Positions 25,781 through 37,872 of a DNA stretch of 64,000 bases are shown piece by piece (the stretch's first letter is position 1; every line of letters begins with the position of its first letter). This DNA comes from Mobula birostris (Eukaryota): NCBI RefSeq assembly GCF_030028105.1, contig NC_092382.1, forward strand, positions 21,865,792 through 21,929,791, read 5' to 3'. The notes beneath the pieces were generated by a model, which was given only the letters and a program-made list of their open reading frames with translations, made no database searches and had not been told where the DNA came from. Position numbers and translations under genes: made by a program.

Positions 25781-25989
25781 CAGATGCTGGAAATCCGAGC
25801 AACACACACAAATTGCTGGAGGAACTCAGCATTAGTACTCTTTTCCATAGATGCTGCCTGGCCTGCTGAGTTCCTCCAGCATTTTGTGTCTGTTGCTTGT
25901 TCTACCTCCTCTTGTTCTGGACTTTTCTACCCGTGAGAACATGTTTTGTCCCACTCTCTCTGGGTAAATAATGATATCAAACACCTTTG

Positions 25990-26510
25990 CCCTGGGCAAC
26001 AAGTAGCTTTCACATCACAAATGTGCCAGACTCCAATGAGACAGACTACTGCCCTTCCCTTCATATTCATTGGCATTGCCATCACTGAGTTCACCACCGT
26101 CAGTCACCTGGGGGAGGGTTCAGGGGAAATATTTATGTACAATACAGAAACTGGTGTTACCTGTGTGTATTGTGGTGATGTAAAAGTTACTGGAGAATTT
26201 GCAAGTGGGAAGAAGTGGAGTGATATTTGGAAATCTGACCTTTTTAAGTGTCATTTAGCAAGCAAATCGCATATGGATGGTGTGGAACAGCTGTGGAGAG
26301 AAAATCCTTCATTACCTGCTGCAGGCCTACTGTACAGGTTGTGTGAGAGTGCAGATGAACTTCATCAAACCCAGAGGACATCAAAGTTCTTATTGACAGT
26401 GATTTGCTAGCTGTTAAAATGAATACCTCTCTACTTAAAGTATACTCTACCCATGTTGTCACTGAGTTAAAAAAAATGCATAGTAAAAGCTTTATGTGCA
26501 CACTGGTCAT
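25990..26510 (+). mobile_element. hAT-type transposase N-terminal fragment (TTF/BED-like zinc finger)
   Basis: EIFMYNTETGVTCVYC...EFASGKKW...FKCHLASKSH (CxxC...H....H pattern). Truncated. Confidence 0.5.
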
Positions 26511-27139
26511 TATAAAGTAGAGGGGACATTGGTGGGAAGGTGGGGAGACCTCCAGTGTCCCTGATGCCCTCACCTACAGGATGTACATCCAGCTGCAGCT
26601 TGTAACCCTGCACTTTAACGAGTTGAAACTTGAAATGGATGAATTCCGGATCATCCAGGAGTTGGGGTGGGTGATTGATATGACATGAAGTAAAGTGAGA
26701 TACACCCAAAGTAAATGTCCGCTTTCTGATTTATTTCCATTTCCCTCTGAGGGAACAAAATCTTTTACATCAGCTGTTGAGAAAATCACCTTTGTTCTAC
26801 CTCCATGTGACATGAAGAGAGGTGAGTTACACCCAAGGTGCAGGACACAGGAAACTGGGTGTGAGTCAGGAAGGGGAGTGAGGTTAAATAGCCATCGCAG
26901 AGTAATCTTGTGTCCATCCCGCACAACAACAGGTGTATCCACTTTAGAAACTGTTGGGGGGATTACTGACAGAGGAAAGTCAAAGGGGTGATAGGGGATT
27001 TGTTAGTTTGGGGAACAGAACAAGTGGGGACTAATATCCCAGTGGTAAGGCTCACTAGTGCTAGTGTGGGGAGAGGGGTGATGTGGTTAAAATAAATTGT
27101 AGGGGGAATGGGAGCCAGACAGGACAGATAGTGGAGAGG

Positions 27140-28075
27140 GTGAATTGAATTGACTTTATTACATACATCCTTCATATACATGAGGAGTAGAAATCTTTAC
27201 GTTACGTCTCTGTCTGAATGTGCAATGTGTAATTTATAGTAATTTATGATAAATAATTTGTACATAGGACAGTCAATATAACATATAAATGCAATTGTAT
27301 CAGCATGAATTAATCAGTCTGATGGCCTGGTGGAAGATGATTTCCTGGAGCCTGTTGGTCCTTTCGCTGTGGTACCGTTTCCTGGATGGTAGCAGCAGGA
27401 ACAGTTTGTGGTTGTGGTGAATTGGGGCCCAATATCCTTTGGGCCCTTTCTCACACAGAGGGTTGTGGTTCTGTGGATTGCTCTGCCTCAGAAGGCAGTG
27501 GAGGCTGATTCTCTGGATTCTTCCAAAAAAGAGTTAGATAGAGCTCTTGAAGATAACGGAGTGAAGGGATATGGGGAGAAGGCAGGAGGAGGGTACTGAT
27601 TGTGGATGATCAGCCATGATCACAGTGAATGGTGGTGCTGGCTCGAAGGGCTGAATGGCCTACTCCTGCACCTATTGTCTATTGTCTACACACCTGTCTC
27701 TGTAAGTGTCCTGAATAGTGGGAAGTTCACATCTACAGATGCGCTGGGCTGTCCACACCACTCTCTGCAGGTTCCTGCGATTAAGGGAAGTACAGTTCCC
27801 ATACCAGGCAGTGATGCAGCCAGTCAGGATGCTCCCTGTAGAAAGTTCTTAGGATTTGGGGCCCATCCCAAACTTCTTCAGCCGTCTGAGGTGAGCAAGG
27901 TGCTGTTGTGCTTTTTTCACAACACAGCCGGTATGTACAGACCATGTGAGATCCTCGGTGATGTTTATGCTGAGGAGCTTAAAGCTGTTCACCCTCTCAA
28001 CCCCAGATCCATTGATGTCAATAGGGGTTAGCCTGTCTCCATTCCTCCTGTCATCCACAATCAGCTCCTTTGCTT
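27140..28075 (-). mobile_element. Rex/Babar-type LINE 3' fragment, interrupted by a CR1 3' end (+, ~27450-27690)
   Basis: PIDINGSGVERVNSFKLLSINITEDLTWSVHT..VVKKAQQHL..LRRLKKFG. Closely similar to 32080-32790. Confidence 0.8.
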
Positions 28076-28081
28076 TTTTTT

Positions 28082-28470
28082 TAGATTAGATTAGATACAA
28101 CTTTATTGTCATTGTGCCAAGTACAGATACAAAGCCAATGAAATGCAGTTAGCATCTGACAGGAAATGCAAAGAATAGTGTTATTTACAAAATAACTGAG
28201 AATAAAAAGTAAGTACTACAGCACACAAATATAAAAGTACTGAGACAATACAATACGGATGCAATACTGCTTAGTGCTGTGATGTGAGGTTCAGCAGGGT
28301 CACAGCCTCAGGGAAGAAGCTCTTCCTGTGCCTGCTGGTGTGGGAGCGGAGGCTCCTGTAGCACCTACTGGATGAGAGGAGAGTAAAAAGTCCATGGTTA
28401 AGGTGAGATGCATCCTTGATAATGCATTTCGCCCTGCCCAGGCAGCGTTTATGGTAGATGTTCTCAATGG
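28082..28470 (-). mobile_element. Rex/Babar-type LINE 3' fragment
   Basis: IENIYHKRCLGRAKCIIKDASHLNHGLFTLLSSSR.YRSL...SFFPEAV, followed by an (aatct)n tail. Confidence 0.8.
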
Positions 28471-28477
28471 TGGACAA

Positions 28478-31400
28478 TTATACTTTTATACTTTATACTT
28501 CATCGTTGCCAAACAGTTGGTACTAGAACATACAATCATCACAGCAATATTTGATTCTACGCTTCACACTCCCTGGATTACAAATATTAAATATTAAAAA
28601 TAGTTAAAATTAGTAAATATAAAAAATTTAAATTATAAGTCATAAATAGAAAATAGAAAAATGGGAAGTAAGGTAGTGCAAAAAAACTGAGAGGCAGGTC
28701 TGTATATTTGGAGGGTACGGCCCAGAGCTGGGTCAGGATCCATTCAGCAGTCTTATGACATTTGGAAAGAAGCTGTTCCCAAATCTGGCCGTACGAGTCT
28801 TCAAGCTCCTGAACCTTCTCCCGGAGGGAAGAGGGATGAAAAGTGTGTTGGCTGGGTGGGTCGTGTCCTTGATTATCCTGTCAGCACTGCTCCGACAGCG
28901 TGCGGTGTAAAGTGAGTCCACGAATGGAAGATTGGTTTGTGTGATGTGCTGCACCGTGTTCACGATCTTCTGCAGCTTCTTCCGGTCTTGGACCAGACAA
29001 CTTCCATACCAGGTTGTGATGCACCCTAGAACAATGCTTTCTACGGTGCATCTATAAAAATTAATGAGGGTTTTAGGGGACAGGCCAAATTTCTTTAGTT
29101 TTCTCAGGAAGTAAAGGTGCTGGTGGGCCTTCTTGGCAGTGGACTCTGCTTGGTTGGACCAAGTCGGGTCATTTGTGATATTGACACCGAGGAACTTAAA
29201 GCTTTTGACCTGTTCCACTTGCGCACCACCAATGTAAATTGGGTCGTTCAGTCCGCTACTCTTTCTGAAGTCAACAACCAATTCCTTCGTCTTGCTGACA
29301 TTGAGGGATAGGTTATTGTCTTCGCACCATGCCACCAGGTTCTTAATTTCCTCTCTGTACTCAAACTCGTCATTACCCGAGCTACGGCCTACAATTGTTG
29401 TGTCATCAGCAAACTTATATATTGAGTGTGAAGGAAACTTGGCTACACAATCATGGGTGTACAGTGAGTACAGCAGGGGGCTGAGTAGTTTGTCCCCTAT
29501 TTTTAGAGCCTGGGTCCTGTCTGTGAGGAAGTTGAAGATCCAGCTGCAGATCTGAGTGCTAAGGCCCAGGTTACGGAGCTTAGGAATCAGTTTATTTGGA
29601 ATGATGGTATCAAAAGCAGAGCTGTAGTCAATGAAAAGGAGTCTTACGTAAGCGTCTTTATTGTCCAGGTGTTGTAAGGAGGAATGTAGGGCCAGAGAGA
29701 TGGCATCTGCCGTTGACCTGTTGCTCCGGTAGGCGAATTACAAAGCGTCGAGGTTGACCGGTAGGCTGTGGTTGATGTGTGCCATAACCAATCTCTCGAA
29801 GCACTTCATAGCAATTGATGTCAGAGCCACAGGTCGATAGTGATTCAGGCACGCCACCTTGCTCTTCTTCGGCACTGGGATTATCGTTGCCTTCTTAAAA
29901 CACGAGGGGATCTTAGACTGAAGCAAGGAGCCGTTGAAGATGTCAGCAAACACTCCAGCTAGCTCGCTTGCTCAGGCCCGGAAAACCCATCCTGGGACGC
30001 CATCTGGGCCCGTCGCCTTCCTTGGATTTATCTTCAGGGAGGCCCTTCTAACGTCCTCCTGAGTGACGATGAATCTCGATGTCACCAGGTCCGGTTCATC
30101 CGGAGGGAGCTGGACGCTCCTCTTCTGTTCGAATCTTGTGTAGAATAGGTTAAGTTCGTCAGGAAGAGAAGTGCCGCAGTTATTGATATTCCCAGCCTTT
30201 TCTTTGCACCCAGTGATCTCACTTAGACCCTGCCATAGTCTACTGGCATCCCTCTGGTTAGCCTGGGCTTCCAACTTGGCTCGATATTGCCTCTTGGCGC
30301 CCTTAATGGCTTTCCGGGGTTCACGCCTGGATTCTGTGTAGCGACTGGTATCCCCGGACCTAAAAGCCGCAGCTCCAGCCTTTAAAAGAGACTTGACCTC
30401 ATAATTCATCCAAGGTTTCCGGTTAGGGAATACCCGGATCATCTTGCGAGACACACAGTCCCCCGTGCATTTCCAAATAAAGTCCGTGACAGCTGAGGCA
30501 TACTCATCGAGGTTAGCTGCCGAGTCCTTGTATACTAACCAGTCCACCAATTCAAAACAGTCACGGAGGACCTCATCCGTTTCCTCCGTCCAATGTGACA
30601 CTACTTTTGACACCGTGACCTCCCGCTTCAGTTTCTGTTTGTAAGCCGGGAGGAGGAGAACGGCCTGATGGTCCGATTTTCCGAAGTGAGGTCGTGGGAC
30701 GGAACGGTAGGCATCCTTGACTGCTGTGTAGCAGTGGTCAAGTATATTCGGGCCTCTAGTGGGGCAGGAGACATGTTGGTATAACTTTGGCAGCGCCTTT
30801 CTGAGGTTGGCCTGGTTAAAGTTCCCGGCTGTAATGAGCAAAGCCTCCGGATACCTGGTCTCAAGTTCACTGATGTTGGCATACAGTATGTTCAGAGCAC
30901 ACTCCACGTCCGCCTGGGGGGGAATGTAGACCGCTGTCAGTATGACCGAGGTGAATTCCCGTGGCAGATAGTAGGGATGACACTTCACCGACAGGTGTTC
31001 CAGGTCCGGGCTGCAGGAACTTGTCAGTGCCACTGTGTCCGAGCACCACCCAGTGTTGATCAGTAGGCAGACACCACCTCCCCTCGCCTTGCCCGAAGAT
31101 GCCGTGTGGTCCCTGCAATGGATCGAAAATCTCTCTGGTCGGATAGCACAGTCGGGGGTGGCAGGGGAGAGCCAGGTCTCGGTGAAACAGAATACACAGC
31201 AGTTCTGCATCTCCCTGCAGTAGGTGAGTCTCCCTTTAGGATCATTCACCTTGTTCTCTCTGGCTTGCACATTAGCTGGTAGGTTGGTGGGCATAGGGAC
31301 TCTGAAGCCCCTTGGCTTCAATCTGTTCAGCAGCCCAGTTCTTTTCCCACGTTTCCTTGGTAAATAGTGCATCTTTCCAGGTCTCCATCGATGCAGTGTG

Positions 31401-32077
31401 TTGTTGTCAGCTCTTTGAGGTTGGTGGACGCATCCCACTGGGTTGGATCAGTGGGTTTCGTCGTTGGGAGCTCCAGGTCGGACCAAGTGACGGGGGAGGC
31501 TCCGCTGCCACTTCCAGCTGCCGGGGGCCCGGGCTGTCGATTGGGTCGGGCCCCGAAGCCGACACTTAATCCCGGATGGCCGGGCTCCTGGTTGAAACAA
31601 GTCCGTAAGCCGAGTCACTGTTGTGGAGGCCTCTGCTCCAGCCGAGCCTCGGGCTCGATTTCCGAGGTCGGCGGCGGAGGCCTCACTTCCGGCAGCTGTG
31701 GATAGCCACCAATGGGGTTTTACGGTGGTCGCCCTGGGGAAGCGTCTGGGGTTCCTTGAGGTCTCTGCCGTCACTTCTGTGTGGTCGTCTGCTCTGGAGA
31801 GTTGCTGGTCGAAATGGGCCGTGTCTCTAAGTGCTTCGGCACGGTAGCAGACCACAGATCTCCGGGAATGTGGTGGGCCTCGCTGGTTAGGTCCAGGTGT
31901 GGTCCGGAGTCTAAGAAGCAATTCTGGCGTGGTGGTCTCCAGCTGGGTCAGTAGCTTCGCCAAGGTGTTGTTGATCTTGCTAGATGTAGCAGATTGGAGG
32001 TTTAGAAGGGTTTCTTGTGTATAGGACAGTGGAGAGGGCAGTTTGCTCAGCAGAGCATGCACAGAGTCGCCAGTCAT
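28478..32077 (-). mobile_element. Near full-length Rex/Babar-type LINE (APE endonuclease + RT), inactivated
   Basis: APE at 29972-31438 (FCFTETWL, GGGVCLLIN, GNFN, LDHCY, SDH). RT pieces at 29738-29953 and 28733-29335 (YRPVALTS...KCFERLV; FADDT). Stop at 29972, internal deletion near 29485, (aagtataa)n-like tail. Confidence 0.92.
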
Positions 32078-32079
32078 TT

Positions 32080-32790
32080 ACATGAGTAGAAATCTTTACG
32101 TTACATCTCCATCTAAATGTGCAATGTGTAATTTTCATAATTTACAACAGATATTTTATACATAGGATCGCCAATATATCATAGAAATGCAATTGTATCA
32201 GCATGAATTAATCAGTCTGATGGCCTGGTGGAAGATGATGTCCCGGAGCCTGTTGGTCATTTTGCTGTGGTACCGTTTCCTGGATGGTAACAGCAGGGAC
32301 AGTTTGTGGTTGTGGTGAATTGGGTCCCCAATATCCTTTGGGCCCTTTTTACACACCTGTCTCTGTAAATGTCCTGAATAGTGGGAAGTTCACATCTACA
32401 GATGCGCTGGGCTGTCCGCACCACTCTCTGCAGGTTCCTGCGATTAAGGGAAGTACAGTTCCCATACCAGGCAGTGATGCAGCCAGTCAGGATGCTCCCA
32501 ATTGTGTCCCTGTAGAAAGTTCCTAGGATTTGCGGCCCCATCCCAAACTTCTTCAACCGTCTGAGGTGAAAGAGGTGCTGGTGTGCTTTTTTCACAACAC
32601 AGCCGGTATGTACAGACCATGTGAGATCCTTGGTGATGTTTATGCTGAGGAACTTAAAGCTGTTCACCCTCTCAACCCCAGATCCATTGATGTCAATAGG
32701 GGTTAGCCTGTCTCCATTCCTCCTGTCATCCACAATCAGCCCCTTTGTTTTTGTGACAATGGGGGAGAGTCTGTTTTCTTGGCACCAGTC
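32080..32790 (-). mobile_element. Rex/Babar-type LINE 3' fragment
   Basis: ORF 32257-32733: VERVNSFKFLSINIT...FYRDTIGSILTGCITAWYGNC. Confidence 0.85.
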
Positions 32791-32829
32791 AGATGTTGTT
32801 CAGACCTCAGACACAGTCAGCAATCAAAT

Positions 32830-34420
32830 GGTTGAGCATGGTGTGATGAATGTGCTGAGCTGTGTATATCACAATGCAAGAAGCATCGTAGGAAAGCCAG
32901 ATGAGCTTAGGACAGGGAATTATGTTATTGCAGCCATTATTGGTACTTGGTTGCACTCAACAATCTGAGGGATTTAGAGGAACAAATTTGTAGAGAGATC
33001 GCAGACCATGTCAAGAAACAAAGGTTGATTCAGTAAGAGATTTTAACTTTCCATATACTGACTGGGACTCCCATACTGTAAAAGGACTAGATGGGGTAGA
33101 GTTTGTCAAATGTGCCCTTAATCAGTAAGTAGAATTCCTGACGTAGAAGCTGTTAGGAAATGATCCAGGGCTGGTGACAGAAATTAATGATCATAATGCC
33201 ATGAGATTCAAAGTAAATATGGCAAAAAGGAGGTCTGGACCACAGGTTGAGATTCTAAATCGGAGAAAGGTCAATTTTGATGGTATCAGAAAGGATCTGA
33301 CAAGTGTGGTTTGGGACCGGCTGATTCCTGGCAAAGGAGTACTTGTAAGTGGGAAGCCTTCAGAAGTGAAATTTTGAGGGTGTCTAGTTTGTCTGTGCCT
33401 GTCAAAATAAAAGTTGAAAGGTAACTGGTGCAGGGAACTTGCCTTTCAAGAGATATTGAGGCCCCAGATATTTTATTCCTCTAAATTCCTCAGACTATTG
33501 GGTGCTAACAAGACTCATTTAATGACTACAATATCATAGTTCCACGCCCTGTGCTCATCTGACTTTATATTTAGTCGTCTTCTGTTGGTTTCTAAAAGCT
33601 TCCCAATAGGTTTTTCCTCTTTTGTTTGCCCTCTCTTTTGCTTTTATGTTGGCTTTGGCTTCTCATTTCATCCACAGTTGTGTCCTCCTGTCTTTCCAAT
33701 GCTTCCACTTCTTTGGGATGTATCGGTCACTCAGCTCCGGAATTGCTCCCAGAAACTCCAGCCGTTGCTGCTCCGTTGTCACTCCCAACTCTTCCCTTCC
33801 AGACAAGTTTGGCCAGCTTCTCTGTCATAGAAACATGGAGAAGTTCAGTATGGAAAAAGGCTATTTGGCCCATCTAGTCAATGCTGGAAAAAACATTTAA
33901 GCTGTCTACTGCAACTACCTGCACTGTGACCTTCGCCCTTCAGACCCCTACCATCCAGGCTCCCATCCAAATCTCTTTTAAATGGTGAAACTGAGCTCAT
34001 ATTCACTACTTGTGCTGACATCTCATTCCGCACGCTCACGACCATTTCTGTAAAACGCTTTTCCAAATACTCCTGTTAAATTTTCACCTTTCCCACTTAC
34101 CCATGACTTCGGGTTGTCATCCCACCCAACCTCTGGAAAAAGCTGCTTGCATTTATCCTATTCATACCCTTATAATTTTGTATACTTCTAACAAATCCTC
34201 AAAGCAATGTATAATTTCTTGTTTATGGTTGGAGCCTTTTTTGATGTATAAGATGATGAGGGCATTGATCGTGTGGATAGCCAGAGGTTTATTCCCAGGG
34301 CTGAAATGGCTAACACGAGGGGGCATAGTTTTAAGGTGTTTGTTAATAGATACCGAGGGGATGTCAGGGGTAAGTTTTTTTACACAGAGAGTGGTGGGTG
34401 CGTGGAATGCACTGCCGGCT
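32830..34420. mobile_element. Mosaic of CR1-type LINE fragments (both strands)
   Basis: CVYHNARSIVGK, DHNAMRFKV...NFDGIRKDL, and FIPRAEMANTRGHSFKV motifs. Confidence 0.6.
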
Positions 34421-34439
34421 ATTTGTGTGAGTATTTCAG

Positions 34440-34516
34440 TTACTGTGGGGCCAGGAGCCCATGCAGCTCAGTGGGAACAGGGAATAATACCAATGGAGAG
34501 AGTCAAACTGAGCCAG
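34440..34516 (+). other. Putative internal 5' exon of the ZNF gene (contains upstream ATG at 34493, MERVKLSQ)
   Basis: tatttcAG acceptor and weak CAG|GTCACA donor. In frame with the last-exon acceptor ttttttttacAG at 34755. Confidence 0.45.
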
Positions 34517-35171
34517 GTCACAGATTGGAGATGGCAGAAATGCCCCATTCTTATAGAGACAGAAAGAGCATCAGAGAGTTTGATGGTCACTCCAGATACC
34601 AGCTCTGTGCCCTGTTACAAGATGATTTCTCTCTCCAACTTGTGTTGAACTTCACTGTAACAATATGATGCCAGAATAGACCTTGACAACTCAAGTGACC
34701 TCATCTGAAAGGTTGTCCAACACTGATTGATGGATTTTGTAAATTTTTTTTACAGGTTAAAAATGACAAGGAATTTGTCTACAGGAATCTCGAACACAAC
34801 ACGCCAGTTTTGCTGTCTCTGTCCAGATATTTAAGAAGTGGAGTAAGGGATTCACTCGATCATCCTTCCTGTTCAGACTGTGGGGAGGGATTCACTCGAT
34901 CATCTGACCGACTGGCATGCCCGTCATTTTACACGGGGGGGGGGGGGAAGATCCCATTCATCTGCTCAGACAGTGGGAATGGATTCACTCGGTCATCTCA
35001 ACTGAAGATCCACCAGCAAGTTCACACTGGGCAAGTCCGTTCACTTGTTCTGTGGGTGAGAAGGGATTCAGTCGGTCTTCCCATCTGTGGACACACCAGT
35101 CAGTTCACACTGGGCGGAGGCTGGTCATCTGCTGAATTTGTGGGGAAGGATTCACTCGGTCATCTGACCTA

Positions 35172-36362
35172 ATGGCTCACCAGCGAGTTTACACCGAGGA
35201 GCGGCCGTTCACCTGCTCGGACTGTGGGAAGGGATTCACTTGCTCGTCTCAGCTGAAGGTGCATCAGCGAGTTCACAGTGGAGAGAGGCCTTTCACCTGC
35301 TCAGATTGTGGAAAACGATTCGCTTGCTCATCTGAACTGAAGGTGCATCAGCGAGTTCACACTGGAGAGAGGCCGTTCACCTGCTCAGACTGTGGGAAGG
35401 GATTCACTCAGTCATCTCATCTGAAAGTACATCAGAGAGTTCACACTGGGGAGAGGCCATTCACCTGCTCAGACTGCGGGAAGGGATTCACTCAGTCATC
35501 CAACCTACTGGTACACATGTCAGTTCATGCTGGGGAGAGGCCATTCACCTGCTCAGACTGTGGGAAAGGATTCATTCGGGCATCTGAACTGAAGTTACAT
35601 CAGCGAGTTCACACTGGGGAGAGACCGTTCATCTGCTCAGACTGTGGGAGGAGATTCACTTGGTCATCTGAACTGAAGGTGCATCAGCGAGCTCACACTG
35701 GAGAGAGGCCATTTACCTGCTCAGATTGTGGAAAGCGATTCACTTGCTCATCTGAACTGAAGGTGCATCAGCAAGTTCACACGGGAGAGAGGCCGTTCAC
35801 CTGCTCAGACTGTGGAAAGGGATTCACTCGGTCATCCCAGCTGCTGGTACACAGGTCAGTTCACACTGGGGAGTGGCCGTTCACCTGCTCAGACTGTGGA
35901 AAGGGATTCACTCGGTCATCCCAGCTGCTGGTACACAGGTCAGTTCACACTGGGGAGAGGCCATTCACCTGCTCAGACTGTGGAAAAGGATTCACTCAGT
36001 CATCTCATCTGAAGGTACATCAGAGAGTTCACACTGGGGAGAGGCCATTCACCTGCTCAGACTGTGGGAAAGGATTCTCACGGTCATCTGAACTGAAGTT
36101 ACATCAGCGAGTTCACACTGGGGAGAGGCCATTCACCTGCTCAGACTGTGGGAGGAGATTCACTCGGTCATCTGAACTGAAGGTACATCAGCGAGTTCAC
36201 ATTGAACAGAGGCCGTTCACCTGCTCAGACTGTGGGAAAGGATTCACTCAGTCATCCGAACTGAAGGTACATCAGCGAGTTCACACTGGGGAGAGGCTGA
36301 TCACCTGCTCAGACTTTCTGAAGAGATTCTCTCAGCCACATCAACCAAATGTGCATCATTGA
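35172..36362 (+). CDS. C2H2 (Kruppel-type) zinc-finger protein, 396 aa, 13 intact tandem fingers plus 1 degenerate finger, no KRAB/SCAN domain
   Basis: 28-aa repeats CSDCGKGF.xSSxLxxHQRVH with TGERPF linkers in an uninterrupted ORF. Confidence 0.93.
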   Translation: MAHQRVYTEERPFTCSDCGKGFTCSSQLKVHQRVHSGERPFTCSDCGKRFACSSELKVHQRVHTGERPFTCSDCGKGFTQSSHLKVHQRVHTGERPFTCSDCGKGFTQSSNLLVHMSVHAGERPFTCSDCGKGFIRASELKLHQRVHTGERPFICSDCGRRFTWSSELKVHQRAHTGERPFTCSDCGKRFTCSSELKVHQQVHTGERPFTCSDCGKGFTRSSQLLVHRSVHTGEWPFTCSDCGKGFTRSSQLLVHRSVHTGERPFTCSDCGKGFTQSSHLKVHQRVHTGERPFTCSDCGKGFSRSSELKLHQRVHTGERPFTCSDCGRRFTRSSELKVHQRVHIEQRPFTCSDCGKGFTQSSELKVHQRVHTGERLITCSDFLKRFSQPHQPNVHH

Positions 36363-36432
36363 GTTCACACTAGGGAGAGGTTGTTCACCTGCTGTGAATG
36401 TGGGAAGCGATTCACGCAGTCATCTAACATAA

Positions 36433-37213
36433 TGTAACTCTCACTTCAGCTAGTAGCTTAATATAGGGGCTGATAGCCCCCCAGCCCGGCCAAACTTCAG
36501 AAATCTCGTTTGGGTGGTGCTGCGCCATGTGTCCCCTGTTACAAATCAGTACCCTGTGTGACGTGGTCCTGAATTACCCCTATGAACTGTGCTCAATTAC
36601 CCCTATTGACTGTGCTTTTGAAAAGAGAGAGAGAGAGAGTTATTTAACATCGATATCTTGTTTTGAAAGAGAGAGAGACAAAGACTAACTGTTGGACTGT
36701 CACTTGAAGGCACGAGAAAGAACTGGTTAACTTTAGGATTTCTGCTCAGTTGGAGACAGCACTGAGCAGCTCGTAACTTGCTCTGGTGACTGAAGGTGGT
36801 GTTATTTAATGGACACTCGATGTTATGATTTTCAGCAGGTTGTTGACACTTTCTTCAAGGATTTTTGCCTGCTTGGATTTCTTTCACAGAGAGAGGAGGG
36901 AGAAGTTATTTGAATGACAGTTGATGGTCAGCACGGGAAGGTAAAATAGGAAGTCCGATGATAGATCTCAGACACATGTTTGGACACTGAATGAGCATTG
37001 TTGTGGCTGCAGGAAAAGTGGGTTTTGGAGGATCGATCTGGCGGATTGATCTGTCGCTCTTGCAGTGGAAAGAGGAAAGGGGTTGACTGGTGGGGAGTTG
37101 TCCATGAGTCCACCACAGAAAACCGGTACCCTTTGTTAAAGTTACAGTCAATGACTTTTAAAGGATTTTGAAGGACAATGAGAAGATCGACGGCATCAGC
37201 TCACCTGAAGACT

Positions 37214-37265
<52 letters not shown>

Positions 37266-37872
37266 ACTGCCAAACTCAATACCCTGAACTGAACTGAACT
37301 TTACTCATCATCGTAAGACTGTATCTTTTTACCCTTAGACTTAAAGAAGCTTGGTTTTTTGTACATATATATTCCACACTTACTTTTATGTAATCATTAC
37401 TAACCTCTTTGGTTTATCTACATTTATATTACTGTATTGCATAGTTACTAATAAATATTGTTAGTTTCTAATGATACTGGACTCCAAAGTGTTTTCCATC
37501 TCTGCTGGTTCTTCATTCCCGTCATGGAGTACGTGACACCTGAAATTACAAACGGTACACAATGTACGATGAAACGATTGAGCTTTATAATTCTTACTTT
37601 GACTATATGGTTACTGAAGTAAACAAAATAGAGAAAAAGGGCCCACTCTCTCCATTCACATCTTCTCATCTCTCCCCAGCAAAAGACCATGAAAATCTCT
37701 CTTCCAAACTCACAAGAAAGAACATTTCTCTCATTGAATAGCCCCGCACTCCAAAATCCTGTTATCTCTAGACATAACCTAAACATTGCTGCTACAGAGA
37801 AACCATTACCTCAGCAGTGAAACATTGCAGAGAGGCCATTACATGAGCAGTGAAACCTAACAGCATGTTACA
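36433..37872. mobile_element. Solo LTR (outer, ~455 bp excluding the nested insert) in the ZNF 3' region
   Basis: TGTAAC...GTTACA inverted termini. Splits a relic finger (..QSSN | LVTHCQVHTGEKV). No clean TSD seen. Confidence 0.65.
36557..37538. mobile_element. Nested solo LTR (982 bp) with 4-bp TSD CCTG
   Basis: TGTGACG...CGTGACA termini; CCTG at 36553-36556 and 37539-37542; internal (GA)n/(CT)n tracts and AATAAA. Confidence 0.85.

Noticed and set aside
35172-36362. Regular 84-bp periodicity resembling a CRISPR-like array, or a PRDM9 call
   Set aside because: The repeats are coding C2H2 fingers with no unique spacers. No KRAB, SSXRD or SET exon is visible, so no gene symbol is assigned.
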